Part shown: positions 29,190-43,000 of the stretch, one piece after another
Layout: each line of letters starts with the position of its first letter
How positions within the stretch are numbered: the stretch's first letter is position 1
Source of the DNA: the human T2T-CHM13v2.0 reference genome, Homo sapiens
Direction: 5' to 3' (one strand)
Length of the DNA stretch: 64,000 nt
Assembly: GCF_009914755.1 (NCBI RefSeq)
Contig: NC_060946.1
Position numbers and translations under genes: made by a program
Notes under the pieces: model-generated
The model's database searches: none
What the model was told of the DNA's origin: nothing
Seen by the model: only the letters and a program-made list of their open reading frames with translations

Positions 29190-31615
29190 TGGAATGGAAT
29201 GGAATGAAATGGAATGGATCGGAATGGAATCCAATGGAATCAACTGGAATGAAATGGAATGGAATGGAAAGGAATGGAATGGAATAAATCCGGGTGGAGT
29301 GGAATGGAACGTAATGGAGTGGAATGTAATGGAATTTAGTGGAATGGAATGGAATCGAATGGAATGAAATGGATTGGATCGGAATGGAATCCAATGGAAT
29401 CAACTGGAATGGAATGGAAATGAATGGAATGGAATAAATCCGGGTGGAGTTTAATGGAATGTAATGGAGTGGAATGGAATGGAATTTAATGGAATGGAAT
29501 GTAATGCAATGTAATGGAATGGAATGGAATGGAATCAACCCAAGTGCAATGGAATGGAATGGAATGCAATGGAATCCACCCGAGTGGAATGCAACAGAAT
29601 GGAATGGAAAGGAATGGAATGGAATGGAATGGAATGGAATGGAATGGTATGGAATCAACGCGAATGGGATGGCATGGAATGGAGTTGAATGGAATGGACT
29701 GGAATGGAATGGAATGGAATGGAATGTAATGGAATCAACAGAAGTGCAATGGAATGGAATGGACTGCAATGGAATCCACCCGAGTGGATTGGAATGGAAT
29801 GGAATGGAATGGAATCAACTGGAATGTGATGACTTGGAATGGGATTGAATGGAATGGACTGGAATGGAACGGAATGGAATGGAATGGAATGGAATGGAAT
29901 CAACCCGAATGGGATGGCATGGAATGGAATTGAATGGAATGCAATGGAATGGAATGGAATGGAATGGAATGGAATGGAATGGAATGGAATGGAATGGAAT
30001 AATCCCAAGTGTAATGGAATGGAATGGAATGCAATGGAATCCACCCGAGTGGAATGGAATGGAATGGAATGGAATGGAATGGAGTGGAATGGAACGGAAT
30101 TGAGTGGAATGGAATAAAAACCAGGGGAATGAAATGGATTGGAATGAAATGGAATGGAATGGAATGGAATGGAATGGAATGGAATGGAATGAAATCAACC
30201 CGAGTGGAATGGAATGGAATGGAATGGAATGGAAAGGAATGAATGGAATGGAAAGGAAAGGAATGGAATCAACACGAGTGGAATAGAATCGAATGTAATG
30301 CGGTGGGATGGAGTGGAATCAACCCGAGTGTAATGGAATGGAATGGAATGGAATGGAATTGAATGGAATGGAATGAAATGGAATGGATCGGAATGGAATC
30401 CAATGGAATCAACTGGAATGGAATGGAGTGGAATGGAATAAATCCTGGTGGAGTGGAATGGAATGTAATGGAGTGGAATGTAATGGAATATAGTGGAATG
30501 GAATGCAATGGAATGGAATGGAATGGAATGGAATGGACTGGAATGGAATGGAATGTATTGGAATGAAATGGATTGGATCGGAAAGGAATCCAATGGAATC
30601 AACTTGAATGGAATGGAATGGAATGAAATGGAATGGAATGGAATGGAATGGAATGGAATACAATGGAATGGAATAAATCCGGGTGGAGTGTAATGGAATG
30701 TAATGGAGTGGAATGGAATGGAATTTAGGGGAATGGAATGGAATGGAATGGCATGGAATGGAATGGAATCAAACTGAAATGGATGGCATGGAATGGAATT
30801 CAATGGAATGGAATGGAATTGAATGGAATGGAATCAACCCAAGTGAAATGGAATGGTATGGAATGCACTGGAATCCACCAGAGTGGAATGGAATGGAATG
30901 GAATGGAATTGAATGGAATGGAGTGGAATGGAACGGAATGGAGTAGAATGGATTAATCACCAGGGGTATGAAATGGATTGGAATGAAATGGAAAGGAAAG
31001 GAATGGAATGGAATGAAATCAACCCGAGTGGAATGGAACGGAATGGAATGGCATGGAAAGGAAGGAATGGAATGGAATGGAATGAAATGGAAAGCATCGG
31101 AATGGAATCCAATGGAATCAACTGGAATGGAATGGAATGGAATGGAATGGAATGGAATGGAATGGAATGGAATGAAATGGAATGGATCGGAATGGAATCC
31201 AATGGAATCAACTGGAATGAAATGGAATGGAATGGAAAGGAATGGAATGGAATAAATCCGGGTGGAGTGGAATGGAACGTAATGGAGTGGAATGTAATGG
31301 AATTTAGTGGAATGGAATGGAATCGAATGGAATGAAATGGATTGGATCGGAATGGAATCCAATGGAATCAACTGGAATGGAATGGAAATGAATGGAATGG
31401 AATAAATCCGGGTGGAGTTTAATGGAATGTAATGGAGTGGAATGGAATGGAATTTAATGGAATGGAATGTAATGCAATGTAATGGAATGGAATGGAATGG
31501 AATCAACCCAAGTGCAATGGAATGGAATGGAATGCAATGGAATCCACCCGAGTGGAATGCAACAGAATGGAATGGAAAGGAATGGAATGGAATGGAATGG
31601 AATGGAATGGAATGG
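29190..31615 (+). repeat. ~450-bp direct repeats (~29190-29645 and ~31158-31613) bracketing a ~1.5-kb more diverged satellite island
   Basis: Private variants at offset 1968: GGAACGTAATGG (29306/31274), GGGTGGAGTTTAATGG (29442/31410) and GTAATGCAATGTAATGG (29501/31469). ORF starts pair as 29474/31442 and 29514/31482. Confidence 0.85.
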
Positions 31616-34009
31616 AGTGGAATGGAACAGAATGGAGTGGAATGGAATAAACACCAGGGGAATGAAATGGGTTGGAATGAAATGCAATGGAAGGGAATGG
31701 AATGGATTGGAATGAAATCAACCCGAGTGGAATGGAACGGAAAGGAATGGAATGGAAAGGAATGAATGGAATGGAATGGTGTGGAATCAACACGAGAGGA
31801 ATGGAATGGAATGGAGTGGAATGGAATGTAATGGAATGGAATGGAATGGAATGGAATGGAATGGAGTGGAATGTAATGTAATGTAATGTAATGGAATGGA
31901 ATGGAATGGAATGGAATGGAATCAACACGAATGGAATGGAATGGAATGGAATGGGATGGGATGGAATGGAATGGAAGTTAATCAACACGAATGGAATGGA
32001 ACGGAATGGAAAGGAATGGAATGGAATGGAATGGAATTTAATTGAATGGGATGAAATGGAAAGGAACGGAATAGAATCAACATGAGTGGAATGGAATGGA
32101 ACGGAATGGAATCAACCCTAGTGGAATGAAATGGAATGTAATGCAATGGGATGGAGTGGAATCAACATGAGTCGAATGGAATGGAATGGAATGGAATGGA
32201 ATGGAATGGAATGGAATGGAATGGAATGGAATGAAATGGAATGGATCGGAATGGAATCCACTGGAATCAACTGGAATGGAATGGAATGGAATGGAATGGA
32301 ATAAATCCGGGTGGAGTGGAATGGAATGTAATGGAGTGGAATGGAATGGAATTTAGTGGTGTGTAATGGAATGGAATGGAATGGGATGGGATGGGATGGA
32401 ATGGAATGGAATAGAACTTAATCAACACGAATGGAACGGAATGCAATGGAATGGAATGGAATGGAATGGAATGGAATGGAATGGAATGAAATGGAATTTA
32501 ATGGAATGGAATCAACACGAATGACATGGCATAGAATGGAATGGAATGGAATGGAATGGAATGGAATCAACCCGAATGGAATGGAACGGAATGGAATGGA
32601 ATGAAAAGGAAAGGAACATAATGGCATCAACACGAGTGGAATGGAATGGAACGGAATGGAATCAACCCGAGTGGAATGAAATGGAATGTAATGCAATGGG
32701 ATGGAGTGGAATCAACCCGAGTGGAATGGAATGGAATGGAATGGAATGGAATGGAATGGATCGGAATGGAATCCAATGGAATCAACTGGAATGGAATGGA
32801 ATGGAATGGAATGGAATGGAATGGAATAGAATGGAATGGAGTGGAATGCAATGGAATGGAATGGAATGGAGTAAATCCGGGTGGAGTGGAATGGAATGTA
32901 ATGGAGTGGAATGTAATGGAATTTAGTGGAATGGAATGGAATGGAATGGAATGGAATGGAATGGAATGAAATCTATTGGATTAGAATGGAATCCAATGGA
33001 ATCAACTGGAATGGAATGGAATGGAATGGAACGGAATGGAATGAAATGGAAAGGAACGGAATGGAATCAACATGAGTGGAATGGAATGGAACGGAATGGA
33101 ATCAACCCGACTGGAATGAAATGGAATGTAATGCAATGGGATGGAGTGGAATCAACACAAGTGGAATGGAATGGAATGGAATGGAATGGAATGGAATGGA
33201 ATGGAATGGAATGAAATGGAATGGATCTGAATGGAATCCAATGGAGTCAACTGGAATGGAATGGAATGGAATGGAATAAATCCGGGTGGAGTGGAATGGA
33301 ATGTCATGGAGTGGAATGTAATGGAATTTAGTGGAATGGAATGGAATGGAATGGAATGGAATGAAATCTATTGGATCAGAATGGAATCCAATGGAATCAA
33401 CTGGAATGGAATGGAATGGAATGGAACGGAATGAAAAGGAAAGGAACAAAATGGAATCAACACGAGTGGAATGGAATGGAACGGAATGGAATTAACCCGA
33501 GTGTAATGAAATGGAATGTAATGCACTGGGATGGAGAGGAATCAACCCCAGGGGAATGGAATGGAATGGAATGGAATTGAATGGAATGGAATGGAACGGA
33601 ATGGAATGGAATGGAATGAAATGGAATGGATCGGAAAGGAATCCAATGGAATCAACTGGAATGAAATGGAATGGAATGGAAAGGAATGGAATGGAATGGA
33701 ATAAATCCGGGTGGAGTGGAATGGAATGTACTGGAGTGGAATGTAATGGAATTTAGTGGAATGGAATGGAATCGAATGGAATGAAATGGAATGGAATGGA
33801 ATGGAATAAATCCGGGTGGAGTGGAATGGAATGGAATGGAGTGGAATGTAATGGAATTTAGTGGAATGGAATGGAATGGAATGGAATGAAATGGATTGGA
33901 TTGGAAAGGAATCCAATGGAATCAAATGGAATGCAATAGAATGGAATGGAATGGAATGGAATGGAAAGGAATGGAATGGAATGGAATGGAATTGAATGGA
34001 ATGGAATGG

Positions 34010-37000
34010 AATCAACCCGAATGGGATGGCATGGAATGGAATTGAATGGAATGGAATGGAATGGAATGGAATGGAGTGGAATCAACCCAAGTGAATGAAA
34101 TAGAATGGAATGCAATGGAATCCACCCGAGTAGAATGGAATGGAATGGATCGGAATGGAATCCAATGGAATCAACTGGAATGGAATGGAATGGAATGGAA
34201 TGGAATGGAATGGAATGGAATGCAATGGAATGGAATGGAATGGAATAAATCCGGCTGGAGTGGAATGGAATGTAATGGAGTGGAATGTAATGGAATTTAG
34301 TGGAATGGAATGGAATGGAATGAAATCTATTGGAACGGAATGGAATCCAATGGAATCAACTGGAATGGAATGGAATGGAATGGAATGGAACGGAATAAAT
34401 CCGGTTGGAGTGGAATGGAATGTAATAGAGTGGAATGGAATGGAATTTAGAGGAATGGAATGGAATGTAATAGAGTGGAATGGAATGGAATTTAGAGGAA
34501 TGGAATGGAATGGAATTTAGAGGAATGGAATGGAATGGAATGGAATGGAATGAAAAGGAAAGGAACAAAATGGAATCAACACGAGTGGAATGGAATGGAA
34601 CGGAATGGAATTAACCCGAGTGGAATGAAATGGAATGTAATGCAATGGGATGGAGTGGAATCAACCCCAGTGGAATGGAATGGAATGGAACGGAATGGAA
34701 TGGAATGGAACGGAATGGAATGGAATGGAATGAAATGGAATGGATCGGAATGCAATCCAATGGAATCAACTGGAATGAAATGGAATGGAATGGAAAGGAA
34801 TGGAATGGAATGGAATAAATCCGGGTGGAGTGGAATGGAATGTAATGGAGTGGAATGCAATGGAATTTAGTGGAATGGAATGGAATGGAATGAAATGGAT
34901 TGGATCGGAAAGGAATCCAATGGAATCAAATGGAATGCAATAGAATGGAATGGAATGGAATGGAATCAACACGAATGGAATGGAACGGAATGGAATGGGA
35001 TGGGATGGAATGGAATGGAATGAAATGGATTGTATCGGAATGGAATCCAATGGAATCAACCGGAATGAAATGGAAATGAATGGAATGGAATAGATCCGGG
35101 TGGAGTGGAATGGAATGGAATGGAGTGGAATGGAATGGAATTTAGTGGAATGGAATGGAATGGAATGGAATGGAATGGAATGGAATGGAAAGGAATCAAC
35201 CCGAAAGGAATGGAACGAAATGGAATGGAATGGAATGGAATGGAATGGAATGGAATGGAATCAACCCAAGTGCAATGGAATGGAATGGAATGCAATGGAA
35301 TCCACCCGAGTGGAATGCAACAGAATGGAATGGAATGGAATGGAATGGAATGGAATGGAATGGAATGGAATGGAATTGAATGGAATGGAGTGGAATGGAA
35401 CAGAATGGAGTGGAATGGAATAAACACCAGGGGAATGAAATGGGTTGGAATGAAATGGAATGGAAGGGAATGGAATGGAATGGAATGAAATCAACCCGAG
35501 TGGAATGGAACGGAATGGAATGGAATGGAAAGGAATGAATGGAATGGAATGGTGTGGAATCAACACGAGAGGAATGGAATGGAATGGAATGGAATCAACA
35601 CGAATGGAAAGGAATGGAATGGAATGGGATGGGATGGAATGGAATGGAAGTTAATCAACACGAATGGAATGGAACGGAATGGAAAGGAATGGAATGGAAT
35701 GGAATGGAATTGAATGGAATGAAATGGAAAGGAACGGAATGGAATCAACATGAGTGGAATGGAATGGAATGGAATGGAATCAACCCTAGTGGAATGAAAT
35801 GGAATGTAATGCAATGGGATGGAGGGGAATCAACACGAGTCGAATGGAATGGAATGGAATGGAATGGAATGGAATGGATCGGAATGGAATCCAATGGAAT
35901 CCACTGGAATGGAATGGAATGGAATGGAATAAATCCGGGTGGATTGGAATGGAATGTAATGGAGTGGAATGGAATGGAATTTAGTGGTGTGGAATGGAAT
36001 GGAATGGAATGGGATGGGATGCGATGGAATGGAAAGGAATGGAACTTAATCAACACGAATGGAACGGAATGCAATGGAATGGAATGGAATGGAATGGAAT
36101 GGAATCAACACGAATGACATGGCATAGAATGGAATGGAATGGAATGGAATGGAATGGAATGGAATCAACCCGAATGGAATGGAACGGAATGGAATGGGAT
36201 GGGATGGAATGGAATTGAATGCAAGTTAATCAACACGAATGGAATGGAACGGAATGGAATGGAATGAAAAGGAAAGGAACATAACGGCATCAACACGAGA
36301 GGAATGGAATGGAACGGAATGGAATCAACCCGAGTGGAATGAAATGGAATGTAATGCAATGGGATGGAGTGGAATCAACCCGAGTGGAATGGAATGGAAT
36401 GGAATGGAATGGAATGGAATGGATCGGAATGGAATCCAATGGAATCAACTGGAATGGAATGGAATGGAATGGAATGGAATGGAACGGAATAAATCCGGTT
36501 GGAGTGGAATGGAATGGAATAGAGTGGAATGGAATGGAATTTAGAGGAATGGAATGGAATGGAATGGAATGGAATGGAATGGAATGGAATGGAATCAACC
36601 CGAATGGAATGGAACGGAATGGAATGGAATGGAATGGGATGGAATGGAATGGAATGGAATGGAATGGAATGGAATCAACACGAATGGCATGGCATAGAAT
36701 GGAATGGAATGGAATGGAATGCAATGGAATGGAATGGAATGGAATGGAATCAACCCAAGTGCAATGGAATGGAATGGAATGCAATGGAATCCACCCGAGT
36801 GGAATGGAATGGAATGAAATGGAATGGAATGGAATGGAGTGGAATGGAACGCAATGGAGTGGAATGGAATAAACACCAGGGGAATGAAATGGATTGGAAT
36901 GGAATGGAATGGAATGAAATCAACCCGAGTGTAATGGAGCGGAATGGAATGGAATGGAAAGGAATGAATGGAATGGAATCGTGTGAAATCAACACGAGAG

Positions 37001-40000
37001 GAATGGAATGGAATGGAATGGAACAGAACGGAATGGAAAGGAGTGGAATGGAATGAACCCGAATGGAATGGAATGGATTGGAATGGAATGGAATGGAATC
37101 AACCTGAGCGGAAAGGAATGGAATAGAATGGAGTGGAACGGAATGTAACGGAATGGAATGGAATGGAATGGAATCAACACGAATGGAATGGAACGGAATG
37201 GAATGGGATGGGATGGAATGGAAGAGAATGGATGTTAATCAACACGAATGGAATGGAATGGAATGGAATGGAATGGAATGGAATGGATCGGAATGGAATC
37301 CAATGGAATCAACTGGAATGGAATGGAATGGAATGGAATGGAATGGAATGGAGTGGAGTGGAATGCAATCGAATGGAATGGAATGGAATAAATCCGGGTG
37401 GAGTGGAATGGAATTTAATGGAGTGGAATGTAATGGAATTTAGTGGAATGGAATGGAATGGAATGAAATCTATTGGATCAGAATGGAATCCAATGGAATC
37501 AACTGGAATGGAATGGAATGGAATGGAATGGAATGGAATGGAATGGAATGGAATGAAAACGAAAGGAACAAAATGGAATCAACACGAGTGGAATGGAATG
37601 GAACGGAATGGAATTAACCCGAGTGGAATGAAATGGAATGTAATGCAATAGGATGGAGTGGAATCAACCCCAGTGGAATGGAATGGAATGGAATGGAATG
37701 GAATGGAATGGAATGGAATGGAATGAAATGGAATGGATCGGAATGGAATCCAATAGAATCAACTGGAATGAAATGGAATGGAATGGAAAGGAATGGAATG
37801 GAATGGGATAAATCCGGGTGGAGTGGAATGGAATGTAATGGAGTGGAATGTAATGGAATTTAGTGGAATGGAATGGAATGGAATGGAATGAAATGGATTG
37901 GATCGGAAAGGAATCCAATGGAATCAACTGGAATCAATGGAATGGAATGGAATGGAATGCAATGGAATAAATCCGGGTGGAGTGGAATGGAATGTAATGG
38001 AGTGGAATGGAATGGAATTTAGTGCAATGGAATGGAATGGAATGGAATGGAATTGAATGGAATGGAATGGAATCAACCCGAATGGAATGGAATGGAATGG
38101 AAAGGAATGGAATGGAATGGAATGGAATGGAATGGAATGGAATGGAATGGAATGGAATCAACCCGAATGGGATGACATGGAATGGAATTGAATGGAATGG
38201 AACGGAATGGAATGGAATCAACCCAAGTGCAATGGAATAGAATGGAATGCCATGGAATCCACCCGAGTGGAATGGAATGGAATGGAATGGAATGGAATGG
38301 AATGGAATGGAATGGAATGCAATGGAATGGAATGGAATCGAAAGGAATAGAATGGAGTGGAATGGAACGGAATGGAGTGGAATGCAATAAACACCAGGGG
38401 AATGAAATGGATTGGAATGAAATGGAATGGAATGGAATGGAATGAAATCAAGCAGAGTGGAATTGAACGGAATGGAATGGAATGGAAAGGAATGAATGGA
38501 ATGGAATGGTGTGGAATCAACACGAGAGGAATGGAATGGAATGGAATGGAACGGAACGGAATGGAAAGGAATGGAATGGAATGAACCCGAATGGAATGGA
38601 ATGGATTGGAATGGAATGGAATAGAATCAACCTGAGTGGAAAGGAATGGAATGGAATGGAGTGGAATGGAATGTAACGGAATGGAATGGAATGGAATGGA
38701 ATCAACATGAATGGAATGGAACGGAATGGAATGGGATGGGATGGAATGGAATGGAATGGAAGTTAGTCAACACGAATGGAATGGAATGGAATGGAATGAA
38801 AAGGAAAGGAACAGAATGGAATCAACACGAGTGGAATGGAATGGAACGGAATGGAATCAATCCAAGTGGAATGAAATGGAATGTAATGCAATAGGATGGA
38901 GTGGAATCAACCCGAGTGGAATGGAATGGAATGGAATGGAATGGAATGGAATGGAATGGAATGAAATGGAATGGATCGGAATGGAATCCAATGGAATTAA
39001 CTGGAATGGAATGGAATGGAATGGAATGGAATGGAATGGAATGAAATATATTGGATCGGAATGGAATCCAATGGAATCAACTGGAATGGAATGGAATGGA
39101 ATGGAATGGAACGGAATAAATCCGGTTGGAGTGCAATGGAATGTAATAGAGTGGAATGGAATAGAATTTAGAGGAATGGAATGGAATGGAATGGAATGGA
39201 ATGGAATGGAATGGAATGGAATGGAATAAATCCGGGTGGAGTGGAATGGAATGTAATGGAGTGGAATGCAATGGAATTTAGTGGAATGGAATGGAATGGA
39301 ATGGAATGAAATGGATTGGATTGGAAAGGAATCCAATGGAATCAAATGGAATGCAATAGAATGGAATGGAATGGAATGGAATGGAATGCAATAAATCCGG
39401 GTGGAGTGGAATGGAATGTAATGAAGTGGAATGGAATGGAATTTAATGCAATGGAATGGAATGGAATGGAATGGAATGGAATGGAATCAACCCGAATTTA
39501 ATTGAATGGAATGGAATGGAAAGGAATGGAATGGAATGGAATGGAATGGAATGGAATGGAATGGAATCAACCCGAATGGGATGGCATGGAATGGAATTGA
39601 ATGGAATGGAATGGAATGGAATGGAATGGAATGGAGTGGAATCAACCCAAGTGAATGGAATAGAATGGAATGCAATGGAATCCACCCGAGTGGAATGGAA
39701 TGGAATGGAATGGAATGGAATGCAATAGAATGGAATGGAATCGAAAGGAATAGAATGGAGTGGAATGGAACAGAATGGAGTGGAATGCAATAAACACCAG
39801 GGGAATGAAATGGATTGGAATGAAATGGAATGGAATGGAATGGAATGGAATGAAATCAACCCGAGTTGAATAGAACGGAATGGAATGGAATGGAAAGGAA
39901 TGAATGGAATGGAATGGTTTGGAATCAACACGAGAGGAATGGAATGGAATGGAATGGAAAGGAACGGAATGGAAAGGAATGGACTGGAATGAATCCGAAT

Positions 40001-43000
40001 GGAATGGAATGGATTCGAATGGAATGGAATGGAATCAACCTGAGCGGAAAGGAATGGAATGGAATGGAGTGGAATGGAATGTAACGGAATGGAATGGAAT
40101 GGAATGGAATCAACATGAATGGAATGGAAGGGAATGGAATGGGATGGGATGGAATGGAATGGAATGGAAGTTAGTCAACACGAATGGAATGGAATGGAAT
40201 GGAATGGAATGAAAAGGAAAGGAACAGAATGGAATCAACACGAGTGGAATGGAATGGAATGGAATGGAATCAACCCGAGTGGAATGAAATGGAATGTAAT
40301 GCAATGGGATGGAGTGGAATCAACCGGAGTGGAATGGAATGGAATGGAATGGAATGGAATGGAATGGAATGAAATGGAATGGATCGGAATGGAATCCAAT
40401 GGAATTAACTGGAATGGAATGGAATGGAATGGAATGAAATGGATTGGATCGGAATTGAATCCAATGGAATCAACTGGAATGCAATGGAATGGAATGGAAT
40501 GGAATGGAATGGAATAAATCCGGGTGGAGTGGAATGGAATGTAATTCAGTGGAATGGAATGGAATGGAATCGAATGGAATCGAATGGAAGGGAATCAAAC
40601 CGAATGGAATGGAACGGAATGGAATGGAAAGGAATGGAATGGAATGGAATGGAATGGAATGGAATGGAATCAACCGAAGTGCAACGGAATGGAATGGAAT
40701 GGAATGGAATGGAATGCAATGGAATGGAATGGAGTGGAATGGAACGGAATGAAGTGGAATGGAATAAACACCAGGGGAATGAAATGGATTGGAATGAAAT
40801 GGAATGGAATGGAATGGAATGAAATGAAATCAACCCGAGTGGAATGGAACGGAATGGAATGGAATGGAAAGGATTGAATGGAATGGAATGGTGTGGAATC
40901 AAAAAGAGAGGAATGGAATGGAATGGAATGGAACGGAATGGAAAGGAATGGAATGGAATGAACCCGAATGGAATGGAATGGATTGGAATGGAATGGAATG
41001 GAAACAACCCGAGCTTAAAGGAATGGAATTGAATGGATTGGAATGGAATGTAATGTAATGGAATGGAATGGAATGGAATCAACACGAATGGAATGGAACG
41101 GAATGGAATGGGATGGGATGGAATGGAATGGAATGAAATGGATTGGATCGGAATGGAATCCAATGGAATCAACTGGAATGGAATGGAAATGAATGGAATG
41201 GAATAAATCCGGGTGGAGTGGAATGGAATGGAATGGAGTGGAATGGAATGGAATTTAGTGGAATGGAATGGAATGGAATGGAATGGAATGGAATGGAAAG
41301 GAATCAACCCGAAAGGAGTGGAACGGAATGGAATGGAATGGAATGGAATCAACCCAAGTGCAATGGAATGGAATGGAATGCAATGGAATCCACCCGAGTG
41401 GAATGCTACAGAATGGAATGGAGTGGAATGGAATGGAATGGAATGGAATGGAATGGAATGGAATGGAATTGAATGGAATGGAGTGGAATGGAACAGAATG
41501 GAGTGGAATGGAATAAACACCAGGGGAATGAAATGGGTTGGAATGAAATGGAATGGAAGGGAATGGAATGGAATGGAATGAAATCAACCCGAGTGGAATG
41601 GAACGGAATGGAATGGAATGGAAAGGAATGAATGGAATGGAATGGTGTGGAATCAACACGAGAGGAATGGAATGGAATGGAATGGAATCAACACGAATGG
41701 AATGGAATGGAATGGAATGGGATGGGATGGAATGGAATGGAAGTTAATCAACACGAATGGAATGGAACGGAATGGAAAAGAATGGAATGGAATGGAATGG
41801 AATGGAATGGAATGGAATGGAATGGAATGAAATGGAAAGGAACGGAATGGAATCAACATGAGTGGAATGGAATGGAACGGAATGGAATCAACCCTAGTGG
41901 AATGAAATGGAATGTAATGCAATGGGATGGAGGGGAATCAACACGAGTCGAATGGAATGGAATGGAATGGAATGGAATGGAATGGAATGGAATGGAATGG
42001 AATGGATCGGAATGGAATCCAATGGAATCCACTGGAATGGAATGGAATGGAATGGAATAAATCCGGGTGGAGTGGAATGGAATGTAATGGAGTGGAATGG
42101 AATGGAATTTAGTGGTGTGGAATGGAATGGAATGGAATGGGATGGGATGCGATGGAATGGAAAGGAATGGAACTTAATCAACACGAATGGAACGGAATGC
42201 AATGGAATGGAATGGAATGGAATCAACACGAATGACATGGCATAGAATGGAATGGAATGGAATGGAATGGAATGGAATGGAATCAACCCGAATGGAATGG
42301 AACGGAATGGAATGGGATGGGATGGAATGGAATGGAATGCAAGTTAATCAACACGAATGGAATGGAACGGAATGGAATGGAATGAAAAGGAAAGGAACAT
42401 AATGGCATCAACACGAGAGGAATGGAATGGAACGGAATGGAATCAACCCGAGTGGAATGAAATGGAATGTAATGCAATGGGATGGAGTGGAATCAACCCG
42501 AGTGGAATGGAATGGAATGGAATGGAATGGAATGGAATGGAATGGAATGGAATGGATCGGAATGGAATCCAATGGAATCAACTGGACTGGAATGGAATGG
42601 AATGGAATGGAATGGAATGGAATGGAACGGAATGAATCCGGTTGGAGTGGAATGGAATGTAATAGAGTGGAATGGAATGGAATTTAGAGGAATGGAATGG
42701 AATGGAATGGAATGGAATGGAATGGAATGGAATCAACCCGAATGGAATGGAACGGAATGGAATGGAATGGAATGGGATGGAATGGAATGGAATGGAATGG
42801 AATGGAATCAACACGAATTGCATGGCATAGAATGGAATGGAATGGAATGGAATGCAATGGAATGGAATGGAATGGAATGGAATGGAATGGAATCAACCCA
42901 AGTGCAATGGAATGGAATGGAATGCAATGGAATCCACCCGAGTGGAATGGAATGGAAAGAAATGGAATAGAATGGAATGGAGTGGAATGGAACGCAATGG

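Noticed and set aside
29190-31615. LTR element suggested by long direct repeats flanking an internal segment
   Set aside because: Both the repeats and the interior are satellite sequence. There are no TG...CA termini, PBS/PPT or coding remnants.
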